The position numbers and the translations under genes were made by a program. The notes beneath the pieces were generated by a model. It ran no database searches, was not told where the DNA came from, and saw nothing but the letters and a program-made list of their open reading frames with translations. A DNA stretch of 64,000 bases from positions 3,896,677 to 3,960,676 of the forward strand of contig MU054117.1 of NCBI GenBank assembly GCA_013239625.1, written 5' to 3'. Of the stretch, positions 50,114 through 63,910 are shown one piece after another; positions within the stretch are counted from its first letter, which is position 1, and the number at the start of each line of letters is the position of its first letter. The stretch comes from Lama guanicoe (taxonomy: Eukaryota).

Positions 50114-52757
50114 GGTTCAGAGAAGGGAGACTTCAGACTGGAGTAGCCAGGGAGGGCTACACTGATAGAGGAGGTGGGACTTCGTGGGGGAGACTGGGCG
50201 GAGGGACGTCACACAGTATTGCCGTCTGGAAGAACAGCGTGAGCAGAAGCACAGAGGTGGGAAAGGCCCCATCTGTGCAGGCAGCCGCGAGGGGTCTGGG
50301 CTGCTGGGACGGAGGGGGCGATTGGAGCTGTGGGAGGTGACGCTGGACCGGCTGGGAAGGGCTGAGTTCCGGAAGTCAGCGCAAGTGAGGCAGAGAAGAC
50401 CGCGTGCGATTCATCAGGCCAGCAGGGAGCCAGCTCCAACTCTTCCAAAGGGTTGTGATGAGAAGCGAGCAGTGATTTAGGGGATGAATAGGGCCACAGT
50501 GTTCAGGATAGATTGGAAGAGGGAAAGACTGGCCCCGTCCCTCCGGAAGGCAGAGCAGAGATGCGGAGGAATTCAGGGCCGCAGGGATGAGATAATGCAC
50601 CCTCAGCCCCTTCCTCCGCCCACTTTCTCTCCTCCTCTCCCTCAGCCAAGCTCAGCCACGTCCCCCTCCCCAGGCCTTCCCTTCCAGCCGCCGTTTTCTC
50701 TGGGGTCTGTGATTAATTCTCTCTTTAAAGTATCTGGTGATAGATCCAAGGGGCATTTCATAAATCCTGACTCATTATGTGAAGCCCACTTTAAAAACTT
50801 CCTTTTGCCTAGATCGATTATGAAATAATAAAATCTGACCTGAACCTAAGCCTACATCTTCACTTTCTCCAAGAAAGGGATTCAGCGATGATCAAAAAAA
50901 TCCTAAGAAGAGAAATGATTCTGTAGTTATGGCGGCCCAAGAAGTAAGCGGCTAAATCTACATTATTAAATGTTCTTCGAAATCAATTGTATGGATTTCT
51001 TCTCTCTTCATTCTCAATATTTGTGTGTCCTGCTATCATACACATACACACGACCACACATGCACACAGACTGCCAGCATTTAGCAAAATGTCGGTTGGC
51101 TGTCTAGAGCATTGATGTTCCTTTTGGCCTGGGCTACTGAGAAGAAGGATGCTCAAAACAAGGTGGTAAAACAAAAAACTCAAATATCGGCCATTTACGG
51201 TCTTTTCAAGGTTGCTGGTCGATTCTCAGGCCACTGTGTGGTACCTAAATCATGGTCCTGTTCAGGAATTACATTTGCTCTGCTTGTTTAAATGGTCCAG
51301 TCCTATCCCTGATGCCGTCTGAGCGAGGACAATGTCCGGCTAGTAACTCCATGGCCCGAGCGTGTTGCCAAAATGGTCTTTGGGTCATGAGATGGGGGTG
51401 GTGGCCATGGTGTCAGCCAGGCACCCATGGCTCCTTCAACTTGCTGGTCTCTTACCTTGATGTCAACCTTTGTGTTGCCAAGGACACGGTTGGGCAGGTG
51501 CAGGAAAGATACTCTCACCCCTGAAATAGAAAAACTATCCAAGATGAGTAATATTCTCATACCTCTTTCCTTTAAAAATATGACCTATTGCAAAAAAAAA
51601 AAATATGTCCCAGGATTTTATTTTCTTCTCACATTTTCTTTCTAGAAGCCACCAGCATAGGCCCTTAAACACATTCTCATGTGTGCGCACGGACCCACAA
51701 TATTTCTGTCCCACCTTCAAAATGTCAACCCTACAGAGGTGTCCACCCAAATTCCTCAGACACTTCTAATGGCTGCTTTCCTGCCCTCTTCCTCCTAATT
51801 CCCTGTCGACAACCCAGCGGGCCTGGCTCCCTAATATTTCTCCCTACCAAGGACAAAAATAAAAAGTCATAGATGCCAGAAGTGCCTAGGGGCTAAGTTA
51901 GCTCCTTCTTGTGGGTGACTTTTGTGCTGGGCTCTGTCTGGCATCTGATACTCAGTGATGTGGTCGGTCTAAAGCATACTGGTGCCCACATCCAGTGACT
52001 GAAAGCCTGTCAACCCATGGCAACCGATAAGCCCTTCTTTTTCGCACTGAGTTAGGCAACTGAAAGAGCCAAAGAGTGTGAGGTCCGTTTCCTGCTTTCA
52101 GAGGGAAGGACGCTAACATGCAGAAGCATTCAGGAAGAACCCAGTGCTAAACTGGGGCCCTGCTGGGGAGACAGGGCAGTACCATCCACAAGGGCTCAAT
52201 GCGGAGTGAGAAGTTGGGCTCTTCCCGTCTCCCGTGTCCCCTCAACACACAGACCCCCAGACTCTCTTGTGCAACTCCAGTCCAGTCACTCCTTGGCCCG
52301 TACGAGAATCTCCTAAATTGGGAATTCAGTAAAGATTCAGCACTAGTGTGGGAACAGAGGGACTAGGGTTGTATTTCACGGGTCACAGAAGACAAGCTAT
52401 TCTGGGTCCACTACTCACGGTTCCAGCTATGAGGTTGTGCTTCTGCTCTGACCACGTGAATGAACTAAAGACACGGGACCCTGACAGCCAGCAGGGCTGA
52501 AAGCTGAGCGCGGGGTTTGATTGGGTCATCTTGCTTTCGGCTGAGTTGCTGGTTGGTTTTAATTTAGTGTCAAAAAGTCCTACACTTCTTTCAATTTGTG
52601 ACACAAGTAGATTTTTAAAATACCCACTTTTCAGCTGTTCTTCAATATCAAAGATTATCATCAATGAATCTTTAGGGTCTGAATTAAAAAGTTAAAAAGT
52701 TAATTTATTTCTTCACCCTGCCTCTGAATTAATTTTTTTCCCAGAAAAGAGCCTACA

Positions 52758-53370
52758 TCCAGAGGAAACTCTAATTCGGAAAGACACCTGCACCCCAATG
52801 TTCACAGCAGAATTATTTACAGTAGCCAAGACATGGAAGCAACTGAAGTGTCCATCGACAGAGGACTGGATAAAGAAGATGTGGTATATTTATACAGTGG
52901 ACTACTACTCAGCCATAAAAAAGAATGAAATAATATAATGCCATTCAACATGGATGGACCTAGAGATTATCACACTAAGTGAAGTAAGTCAGCCAGAGAA
53001 AGACAAATATCATATGATATCACTTACATGTGGAATCTAAAAAAAAATGATACAAATCAACTTACTTATAAACCAGAAATAGGCTCACAGACATAGAAAA
53101 CAAACTACGGTTGCCAAAGGGGACAGGGCTGAGGAGGGATAAATTAGGAGTTTGGGACTAACAGATACACACTACTATATATAAAGCAGATAAACAAGAA
53201 AGACCTACTATATAGCACAGGGAACTATATTCAATATCTTGCAATGACCTATAATGGAAAAGAATCTGAACAAGAACATATATATGTATATATAACTGAA
53301 TCACTTTGCTGAACACCTGAAACCAACACAACATTGTAAATCAACTGTATGTCAATTAAAAAAAATTTTT
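52758..53370 (+). mobile_element. 5'-truncated L1 (ORF2 C-terminus, 3' UTR and polyA), same family as 1524-2200
   Basis: 'gacacctgcaccccaatgttcacagcagaattatttacagtagccaagacatggaagcaac...ggataaagaagatgtgg...gaagtaagtcag...tatagcacagggaactatattcaatatc...acattgtaaatcaac...aaaaaaa'. TSD aaagagcctaca (52746-52757) / aaagtgcctaca (53371-53382). Confidence 0.95.
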
Positions 53371-55019
53371 AAAGTGCCTACAGTCTCTCTGAATTCTTCC
53401 GTAGTCTGTCATTGGTTGGGAAGTCGTTGCTTATGGTATTTTGCTTCTAAGAGCTCAAACTCACTTTCTTCCAAGACATCTTTGAAAGGAGATGCGTTCA
53501 TTCATTGACATTCACTCAACAGATATGTCCTGATGGCCAGTGCTGGGTGAGCACTGCTCTGCACAGCTCTCCAGGCGCCCTACTGCCTACAACGCAACAA
53601 AACAGACCAAGCCCCTCTCGGTGCCCCATCCCTGGAGACAAAATGAAGAAGAGATTCAGTCCCCAATTTTCTCTGGGTAGCACCATGGTCACAACTTGGA
53701 GAGTGATGACACAGTTCCTTAGTTGTGTGTAGACACGCGCGCGTGTGTGTGTGTGAGCATCCCGTGAACTCTGACTATTAACTAGTAAATGAGCACAACT
53801 GTAAGAAAATAGTAAGAACAGGTTTCATTTACCGATTCCTGACTTCTTTCCAGGCAATGCACCAGGCACAACATGGATCCTACCGACAAAGCCCCGGGGT
53901 CAGGACCCTCAGTACCCTCACTGCAGGCAAGAAAATCAGCACGCAGCTCGCGGAGACAGAGGAGTGTCCGTCCAGACTCACTGCGCTCGCTCATTCTGCT
54001 CTGCTGCCTTCGTGCTTCTATCCTGTATTTTTCTGCAGTGAGTGTAGCCGACCTGACGCATGGATTTTGAAAGATGTCTTTTTTATCTCTAATATTTAAT
54101 GAGGTCATACGTGCTCCTCAAGGAAGTCTTTGACCTTCACCGCATGCAGAGGCCATTGACTGTGCCAGCGGGTCCTCCTGCTCCAGACATCCTCCAAATA
54201 CTTTTAATTTGTTGGGAGAAGTACCGGAGGAGAGCCCGCAGAAGCATCAGGAAACTCCAAGGGCTGTCCTACCCACGGCCAGGCCTGACTTACACATTAG
54301 GGATATCTCATTATCTATAATATCTCACTGTCTCCCGCAAAATTTGGTGGAGAGGAATGTGGGCAGAAAACCAAGGAGGTTCTTACCTTCCAGGAGGCAT
54401 CATCGTAGCTGTACCAGCAAGGGTGAGATCCTGCCCTTCTTGTCCCTCCTGTCCCTTAGACCACATTTCTGCCTATGACTTCATGTGACTTTCATTGTAA
54501 GATTTGTAGAAAAAAATTAAAGAAAATGTGGTAAACTAAGAGAACTTCCTAAGAAAGCCATCTAGTCCCCAGGCAGATGGCACATTCATGTGACACAAAC
54601 CAGTGACCCAAGACTTCAGGGAAAGGGCAAACACGACCATCATTCAGATGGAGAGTGCTGTAGCACCTCGAGCGTCCAGCTGCTCACCACACCACCGCTG
54701 CCATCAGTGCTACGAGAGCAAGTCAAGTCTCTTTCCCCACGAGACCGTTGCCATGGGCGCCATGCTAACAGAATGTACGAGAAACAGTTCCTTCGTTCTA
54801 ACAGCTCACCTGGTAAAACAGGCAGAGCATGTGAGGGCAGGATAAACGAACGGGAAGCGGATGTAAAGACGCAGAGCGCGAGAGAACGGGCACTCACAGT
54901 ATCTTAGCGCTGGCCCATTCTCTCCAGGGGCTCATGCTGGGCCTGCTGAGCGCCCGGCTGCACCCCACGCCCTGGGGACACAGTGTCTTTCCCTAGGGAG
55001 CCAGAGTCAACTTTTCCAA

Positions 55020-55110
55020 AACCACATCTTACAGAGGAGGAAACTGAAGCCCAGAGAGGTTAAGCACCATGACCAAAGCCACGAGACTAATTAGTGGTAG
55101 AGTTAGAACC
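55020..55110 (-). mobile_element. MIR SINE core
   Basis: 'ttacagaggaggaaactgaagcccagagaggttaagcaccatgaccaaagccacgagactaattagtggtagag'. Confidence 0.7.
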
Positions 55111-56049
55111 GGGGTGACCATCACCCAGTTGTCTACACTTGGGGCTGGGACTAGGACACGAACTTGGGTTCAGCAGATCTGGGTTCCAATCCTGGCCCTG
55201 TTACCAGCTGGTTCTAAGAAGCACCCCCACCTCCCCCTTCTCCAGATCGCACGCTTGTTGGCCGCCTCCAGGAGTGAGCCAGGTGAGCCTCTGTGAGCGT
55301 CTGCTCTGGAGCTCGGGAATATTTCACAGAGATGTTTCCTCCGACAGCTTTATGGCCATTCTTGGCTCAGAGCCTTGAACACACTCATCATGTGATGAAG
55401 CAAGAATGTCATCCTGCTGGCTATCAATAAACCACGTGGGCACCCCCACCCCCACTGGCACCCCGCCCACACTCCCCCTTCCCCTACATTAGGAAGTGAC
55501 AGCCAGCAGGATTCATCGCTCCTGATCAGAAGCGTGGCCAGAGCTTGTCTTGCAGACACTTACATTTTGGGTTAAAAGCTAGAGTTTCGAAAGGACAAAA
55601 GCCACATCTAAAGGGAAACCAAGGAGCACGTGTGAGTCCAAGCTAGAAAACCCACAGGATGGCCAGCAGAGGATCACGACAGACCCTGCAATTTTTCTTG
55701 CCTGCTCTCTGGAGTCCAGCCCAAGGGACCCACTCGGGCTCTCCCTGCCTGGGGGAAGAGTGGGTTTCCCTGAAGAAACTGCCCACAGGGGTGAGTTTCT
55801 AGGATGCGGGCTGAAGTGGCTGCCCCTCTTCTGACTTCTCACCGTCACCCGGAGAGACACCGAGCGGGAGCGGGGCAGGTTTGGAGGCCGTACCACAGCA
55901 CTTTCCTAGCACTGCCATCAAAATCACATCTCCCTGCCTACCCCTTCCCACCACTTGCCCATTCCCCTGGTCCAGGACACAGGCCCTTCCGGGGATGGAG
56001 GAAAATATGATTCTTGAAAAAAAAGCAGGAAAGATAAACAGCATAAAGT

Positions 56050-56370
56050 GTAAAATGGGAGAAGGGAGTCAAAAGGTACAAACCTCCAGTTTAACATAAA
56101 ACAAGCCCTGGGGACGTACGGACAGCATGGTGACAACATTGATAAGACTGTATCACAGATTGAAAGTTGTTCAGAGAGTAGGTCCTCAGAGTCCTCGACA
56201 CAAGAAAAAAAATTTCTTTGGAACTCTGTATGGTGCCTTCGTGTGGTAATCATTTTGTAATAAACTCAAGTATCAAGTCATTCTGCTGTACGCCTGAGAC
56301 TGATACAATGTTTATGTCAATCATGCTTCAATAACACACAAAATAAAAGCTTTTTAATTAAAAAAAAGGC
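56050..56370 (+). mobile_element. L1 3' terminal fragment (L1MA-like) with polyA
   Basis: 'gggagtcaaaaggtacaaacctccagtt...cagcatggtgacaac...gaaagttgttcagagagtagg...tgctgtacgcctgagactgatacaatgtttatgtcaa' plus A tail. Confidence 0.82.
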
Positions 56371-56864
56371 AAACCTGGAGAGCTCTCAGAAAATTGCTGT
56401 ATGCAAATATTGCTGTTAAATGTGATAAACACTAGAGCTTTCTGTCTTCTTATTGGGTGGCAGTAATAATAAAGAGCACTCCTGTGTACTTACACCTAGC
56501 TGTCGACATTGTATTTATAAAGTAAAATAATCAAATGTATTCCCACCTTCCTGTTCTCTTAGTAGAGATACTCTAAGATCATAAAAGCAATAAAATTATA
56601 TTTTTTTCAAAAAAAAAAGAGGACAAAGCACATTTGTACCCAGGAAGGGGACAATGCAACAATATGGGGGTGGCGGGTGTTGAGCTGTTGAGTGGGTGAC
56701 AGAGGTCGAAAGGATGGTAAAACGCAGAGATGCCAAGATCATTCACTTAGCAGCACTGTCCTGAACTCAAGCTCTTACACCAGTCTCCTAACCAAGCAAA
56801 TGCGCCTCATGTCCTTCATGACCACCCTTAAAAGACCTGACGTAGCGGTGATGTGGTTTGAAAA

Positions 56865-57080
56865 AGACTCTGAACTGGGAGTTGAAGGAGGACGTCTCGA
56901 CTCCCAGCTCCCTCATTCTGTTTCCTCCGGGGCCCTGGGCAGCTCCCCTCACTGCTCAGTGTGCCGATCTGTAACTTGGAGATGATAATGCAACCCCCCC
57001 ACCCCGTGGTTACTGTTTGAAGCAAAGGAAATGGCAGATTTGAGAGAATGCCTTGTTCACTGTAAAGCACTGTCCACATT
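56865..57080 (+). mobile_element. MIR SINE
   Basis: 'ccctgggcagctcccctcactgctcagtgtgccgatctgtaacttggagatgataatg...tgtaaagcactgt'. Confidence 0.6.
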
Positions 57081-60000
57081 TCTGTCACCGTTATTTCCTG
57101 TCCATTTCCCGTCTGCTTGCATCCTGTTGATGTAACTGTGGGGTTCCAGTCCGTCTTCCACATAGATCACATGCTCTTTGTGGGAGGGACCTGTATTTGC
57201 CTTCGGGTGACTGGTGCTCACTCAAAGTTCCTGAATGAATGAGTGCAGAAGGAGGGATGGGCAGTCACGGACTCCTGTCCTCAGCTCAGACCCGGCTGCG
57301 CTGGGTCAGCCCGCAGGCTGACCAGTTGGACGGGGTTGTGCCGGGCCAGGGGCCAGCAGAATGTCTTTGCTCTGACTGCCCATCTGTTCTGCCACTGAAG
57401 CCAGCACTAAACTTAGCCAAAGTGACTCATGAACACAGGGCCGCCCCAGGCCCCACAAGTGATCTCAACAAGCCTCGTGGCCACAGCCAGCCTCTCTCTC
57501 CATCTCCTCATCCCTTCTCCAAGCTCACTGGGCCAGTCCTGGGGCTGCAGGGCCGGGAGGCAGAGCTGATAGGAGCGGGCGCCCCACGTGGACACTCTCC
57601 TCTCCCAATCTGTGATGCCTGAGACAGAGGTTATATCAAAAATCATTAAGTGAACGTTCAGTGGCTCCCTCGGAGAACCACTCGCCAAGAGGAGGACATC
57701 CTTAGGGGCGTGGCGGTGCCGATTCAGCCACCGTGAGACGAGGCGGGGAGGGGGCACCTGGAGCTGGAAACACTTCATAAGTATCGTCTATTTGTTCATT
57801 TGGTGTCTCAGTCCTGCATTCAGTCCGTCTTCTCAGTGCTCCAGAATCCATGGGGGTGCTGAGCAAAGTCGCAAATAAAAAGAGGCCATGGCTGCTTAAG
57901 TGGGCAACCAGAGACGTCCAGGCACATTTATTCTGGTCTGAGTCACTGTGCAGTGAATCTGAGCTTCACCACCTTGTACATTTGCACGTAGCGCACAGAG
58001 AGAGCAGGAGGGAGAAAAACAGCGAGAAAGCGGTGAAGCTTTGACTGAGGTTGGATGGAGAAGAAGAAGAGGACTGCGAACACGTTTTGCTCCACGAAGG
58101 ACATGTTTGATCCTTTGAAGTCGGGAAGGCTCTCTCTGAAAGGAGTCCAGCGCACGTCATCCACCGCACGTTGGACCCCAGGGGCTCCCTGCCCGCAGCA
58201 CAAATCACACCGCTCCACGGCAACCGTGCTGTCCTACAGGGAGGCGTGTGCCTGCCGACATGATCAGTGCCTTCCCAAGACTCTCCGGATGCTTCTTGGA
58301 AAGCAGAGACCTCTCAGTTTCACTGCGGCGTGGAGGGGAGAAACTAAGAGCTGTGAATCACAGGCTGGGGTTTATGAGCTTCACGTGGTTCACAGAGCGG
58401 GCCAGCGCGTCCTCTCCCTTGGCCGTGTGGACCACTGTCTCCCTTGCTCGGCACCCACCGCGGCCCCCAGAGACCACACAAGTGGGTCTCCTTTCTCCTC
58501 ACAGGGGCTCAGAGACAGTCAGATGTGGGGAGGAGCCCAGGCTTGGTGTCTTGGACCCGAAATGCTATTTTACTGTGATGGGGTTATCAGACCTTTTGGT
58601 TCTCACTTTTCTTATTTGCATAAAATCTGCATAGAAGATCCTGGCTCACTGTCCCACAGAGAGTAACACTAATTCAGGAGAACTTTACCTTTTTCCAGCT
58701 GGTTCACAGTCTAAGGGCAAATGCTTCGTACCACCCAATAACCCACAAATAGAGTGCGGATTATTCTGTTAGATGACCAGAGGGATGGGGTCGGGGCAGG
58801 GACTTCCTTCCTTTTCTTCTCTTGTCTTCCTCTGACCAAACAATCGCTCTGGGAAGTGGCTTCCTGCTGAAGGGATCCGGTCCCACTCCTCCAGGCTTAG
58901 GGGAAAGGGTGGGAAATGGGATCCAGGCACTAGCCCCTGGCCTCACTCCCCAGCCCCCTCACACCTCACAAAGGGGGAAGCAGCACAAGGCTGTCCTCTC
59001 TCTCACTCTTCTCTCCAAGTTTCTTCTTCCAAGACCCTTTGGTGTCTCTTGCCCGTTCCCCTGTCCAGGGAATGCCATCCTTCCAACAAAATAATGAAGT
59101 CCCCGCCCCCCAGCCTTCCTGCGCCTGAAACAGCCTCTTCGTCCCGATGCCCCTGGCTAATACCTGTCCCTGTGGCTTTGGTGCAAAGAAGAAGCTGGTC
59201 TGGTCTCCAGGGGGTAGGAAGCGGTGGGGTGGGGAGGGCGCTCTGGAATATGCTTGAGAGCAGAGAAAGAGGAATGGGCGAGAGGCTTAGCTCCGGCAGT
59301 GACTGTATTTCCCCTTAAAGGACCAGAAACAGCACTTTACACCCTGACGAGGATTCATGTCATTCCGAAGACTCTTGTCTGGTCTTCATGAGGAATTTGT
59401 GCTCTTTTTACTAAAGGGTACGTGCCCCCTCCCTGCCCGGTGCCTCATTACACAGTCTCCTCACCTTCACTGGCAAGGAGCAGCGTCTTGCCCAGATCAG
59501 CTCCCCCTGAGCACCCAAGCGCCTCCCAGGACCGTGGTAGGGGAGGCAAGCCCCTCTTCATCTGCCTACGGATAAGCGTGGCTCTGGGCTTTGGGGAGGT
59601 GATGGATTTTAAATCCAGGAAGCGGCCCTCTGCGTTGCCAATGAGCTCCCAGCTGACGTGGAAGGGGCCCACCTCGGGCCCGTGCTCTGCGAGCACTGAT
59701 GAAGCGGATCCCTCCACCGTCCTGCGGGGAGCAGCCCCTGAGTCTCAGGTGATGGAGGAGAGGACGGAGATGCTGCCTGGACCATTCCAAGTTTCAAAGA
59801 GCATGCATTTTCCTATAGTCACTGCTTCAGACCAGACCATATCCATACCCAAGACAGTTCACAGAGAGCTATGAAACTGATAGTCATTCAGACATTCTCC
59901 AAGCAGCACTAAGGGCCCACCACATGCCAGAACGTCTAAAGTGCTTTCATGGGCAGCGCAGGCAGTGGGGGCGTTTACGCTGTGGCCCGGCGGGTGGACT

Positions 60001-60357
60001 GGGGTTTTCAGGGAAGTCTTCCTAACACCGTGGGAACGGACGTTCCGTATAGAAGAGGAGTAAATTTCACTTCCCCAAAGTCGTCAAGAGCCTGAGCACC
60101 GAGGCCCCGGGGTACTCACCTTTCATTGGTTCTCGGTCCTGAAACCCTTTGTTGGATGGTTTCCTGGCTTTGGACCATGGAGCAGAGGCACCGGGCCAGC
60201 AGGATGACAGCACTGGACCGGAGGCTGCCCCGGGTGTGGCCCTGGCTCCGCCACTGGCCAGCCTGTGACTGCTGGGCAGGTGTTCTCTCTCCTCCAGCAC
60301 AGATCAGGAGTCAAACCCGAGGACCTACAGACATCACTCCTGAGATTTTACCCTAAG

Positions 60358-60545
60358 GCATGTTTTCTCAAACGCATCGCTGGTGACATTTTGAGCTGGA
60401 TAGTGTTTGCTGTGGAAAGACATCCTGTAGGTTGGATGTTTAGCTGCATCCCTGGCCTCTACCCACGAGAGGACTGTAGCCACCGTCCCAACAACTTGTG
60501 ATCATCGAAGTCTTCAGACGTCGCCAAACGTCTCACCCCCGGCTG
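60358..60545. mobile_element. MER20-like hAT-Charlie MITE
   Basis: 'gacattttgagctggatagtgtttgctgtgg...ggatgtttagctgcatccctggcctctacccac...tcttcagacgtcgccaaacgtc'. Confidence 0.85.
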
Positions 60546-60922
60546 GGTGTCAAAAGCAAGATGGTTGCTTGAGTAGCCAGGTCTGCAGCAGCATGGTTTA
60601 TAATAGTAAAAAATATTTAAACTGTTGGCATCAACAGTAAGAGAGGGTTAGAAAGTTATGATACATTCATTTGATAGCATATTATGTAGTCATTAGAGAC
60701 AAATATATGAAATTATATATAGAGTCATAAAATTGCATTAAATGTAAAAGCAGGACATTAAATTATAAGTACAAAATGCAATTGAGTGAAAACGCTCTGT
60801 TGTAATCTGAGCATTAGAAAGAAGCTTGAAAGTTGCCCAGGCAGATGACGTGCTTTTCTGATTTTCAGACCCCTTTGGAGACGTCCTTCCCGAGGGGGCA
60901 CACATCCCCCGTGGGACCCCTC

Positions 60923-61345
60923 TGTATCACTTTCCTGTCACTGATGCAAGACATCATCAGAAACTTGGAAGCTTAAGACAACAGAATAGTCTGGAGCTAG
61001 AAGTCTGAGGTCAGCGTGTCTGCAGGCAGGTCCTCTCTCCCTTCCTTGGCTCTGTCAGTTTCTGGTGGCTCCTAGCATCCCTTGGCTTGTGGCTGCATCA
61101 CCCCAGTCTTGGCTTTCTCCCCTGTGCCTGTGTCCCATATTTCCCACTCCTTTCTCTTATCAGGACACCAGACGTTGGATCTGGGACCTCCCTAAAGCCA
61201 GGAGGATCTCCTCTCGAGATCCTTCACTTAACTCCATCTGCAAAGACCCTATTTCCAAATGAGGCACCTTCACAGGTCCTGGGGCTTGGGATGTGGACAT
61301 ACTTTTTGGTGGTGATGGGAGGGGGTGTGCATTTGAACCCACAGT
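60923..61345 (-). mobile_element. MaLR solo LTR (MLT1B/C-like), antisense
   Basis: 'gcttaagacaacagaa...tctggagctagaagtctgagg...tttctggtggctcctagcatcccttggcttgtggctgcatcacccc...catctgcaaagaccctatttccaaatgagg'. Confidence 0.85.
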
Positions 61346-61744
61346 ACCTTCCACTGACAAGCTGCTCATTTCTCCCTGCAGTGGGGTCTTCCGTTCTCTG
61401 ACAGCTTGGAAGGAGAACGTCCTTCTTCACGTCGTATCAACACCCTCACACATGCACAATCATTAGATGCGCGAGAGAAAGGTAAGCAGTTGGAGTAGTT
61501 GGATGTTGAGACTCAAGGATTTGGTTTTCTTGAGCAACTCATTTTTCTAATTAAAAACAAAAAAACCTGCTTTATCCTTCCTCCGAGGATCCAGCCACAG
61601 AGCATATGTGAAAGAGCTTTGTACAAATGAACTTAGCAAACAAACCAGCGTAAGGACCCACGTGGAGAACGTCACCCTCATCTTGCCGGGGCTCACCTGT
61701 TTGGTACTCTCTACCTGATGGATAAGCCTGCGCTTGGAGCATTA

Positions 61745-61980
61745 GCAAAGGAGGTCGTGTGAAGGTGGAGGCAGAGGTTACAGTCGTGAGGCCATGAGTC
61801 AGAAAATTCCTGGAGCCGTTGGCAGCAAAAAGAGGCAAGAAGGATTCTCCCCTGGAGCCTTCAGAGAGAACCTCGATTTCAGACCTCTAGCCTCCAGAAC
61901 TCTAAGAGAATACATTTCTGCGCTTTGAAGCCACTGAGTCTGTGGTCATGCATCCTGCAGCCCAGGGAAACCAACACCCT
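61745..61980 (+). mobile_element. MaLR LTR 3' half (MLT1C/D-like)
   Basis: 'gtgaaggtggaggcagagg...gaggcaagaaggattctcccctggagccttcagagag...ttcagacctctagcctccagaactctaagagaatacatttctg'. Confidence 0.8.
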
Positions 61981-63399
61981 CACTAACAAAACATGGCACG
62001 TTGGTGGAGAATTTCAGTCTCACGAAACTACGCCGACACATAGTCACCAAAAGGCACCCATCTGGGTTTCAGAGAGACCCGCGTTTGAGTCTCAGCTCTA
62101 CTGCTTTGTAGCTGAATGTCCTTGGGCAGGTGGCCAGCTGCTCAGATCACAAGCTCCCTGGCTGCAGAAGGCATTCCTTCCCGGGGTGTTAGGAAGAGCA
62201 AATGAGCTGAGGTCCAGGGGCTAAGTTACTTCACCCTTGCTCTCAACCTCCTCTCCTCTGCTCCCTGCTCAGAAAGCTCTGGTGGTCCCTTCCGGTGATC
62301 TACAAAGTCAAGACCAAACTCCATCGTGTATGTTTAATACCCCTCACATCTGGCCTGCTACTCACCCACCTGCCATTCCAACCGTATTTTTTTCTATCAC
62401 CTTCTCCCGAAGAACCTCCTCTTTGGGCACTTACTTGTCCCTGAACCAGCCATCTGCCTGTCTTCCCAGACCCTCGCACATGCTCCCCATCCCTGCGCCC
62501 CAGGCCAGCTCCACCCCATCCTCCGCCTCCCTCGACCATCCTTCCTGCCCCACTTCCTGTGTTCTTGGGGTAGGGCACCCGGCCATCCAGATCCCGCCAT
62601 AGAGCAGTCAGCGTAGGGGGGCAGAGAAGACAGAAGTGATCCGTTTCTGGGGCCCTCAGTCCCATGCCCTCCCTTCACACACCCTCTCAGTGTCCCCTAA
62701 CTTGCTTTTTCCAGGTATTAACTTACTCTGAACAACTCCCTCCCCCGACCACCACACAGCACACTCACACCGCAGTGTGAGACAATGACCACAGCTTAAA
62801 GTATTACGTCCCACGGGGGACTCAGGATCCTAAACCTAAATAATGACTTGCTCGCATCATCAAACGTGGAGATGCGATGTCCCGGGGGCGACAGGAAGGC
62901 CTTTCTCACGTCACAGCCGGCTGCCACCGCCCAGGGTGGGCCTGCTGCTGGGGTGGGCGTGTGGCCTCCACTTCCAGCCCTCCCACCCCACCTCCACCTC
63001 TGCCGACCGGTTTATCTGCCTTATTCTGAAATTCAGACCCCCTCGGGTCTTCCTCTCCATGACCCGTTTTCTCTGCCCCCACCCAGCTTCTTTCTTCCTC
63101 TTTCTTCCTGCTACTTCAAGTTCTAATTGCTCCCTGGTGGGGGGGGGACCATCCATCTTGCTCACTAGCTATTCAATTAGAGCGGACCTCAGCCGCCCAT
63201 CTCCTCCCCCGCCGGCCCTCCCTTCCTCCCGCCCTCCCCTCCCCCAGTGTCACCCTTCAGGAAGCAATATATAACACTTTCCATCCACTACTGGCTACCT
63301 GCCATCCCCAGCCTCAGTTCCCATTAACCACGCCAAGGCAAATGAATAAACAAATCTCTACAGGGGAAAGAGAGAGGAAGAGCTGGTTCAGAGCTAATG

Positions 63400-63910
63400 A
63401 AGGTCACTGCCAGCCAGGCCTCCCGCTCCCGCTTCTAGGAAGCGAGCCCAGGCCCAGGGCGAGGGCTGCCTCCTGGGGCAGGAGCCCTGCGTGTGTCTGT
63501 CTATGGCGTGTTCGCCTGGTCATTCTCTGTCGTAGTTCTGCGTTACGGCTTGCCCTCGTTCGGTCCTCACACACCGCGACGGCTTAGGGGCAGAAAGACA
63601 CGGCGCCCCTCGTCCCGACACACAACACCTGCTGAGACAGCCAGTGAGATGGTGCGCTGTGCGTGCCCGTGTGGTGAAGCCGGCCACTGCAGGAGGGCCG
63701 ACGGGCCCTGTCGTCACTTCAGGGATGGAAAGCATCCCGCCCAAGACCAGAGAGGACGGCGAGCCAGGTCTGCGCATTCCCGTTCCGATCTCTCTTCACT
63801 GGAAAGGAATTTGAGTCTCCGACAGATTTCTCAGAGAGGGGCGCACGCGCCTCTGGGAACGCCTGGCTTCGTGCCAGGGAGCCGTGACGCCACCGGACAA
63901 AGAAGATGCT
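63400..63910. promoter_or_regulatory. CpG-enriched unique segment (weak CpG island)
   Basis: Locally raised CpG density with no recognisable repeat. Confidence 0.4.

Noticed and set aside
35769..58666. Two ORFs of about 200 aa: 35769-36371(-) and 58055-58666(+)
   Set aside because: Non-ATG or weak starts, no recognisable domains, and composition typical of GC-rich non-coding DNA
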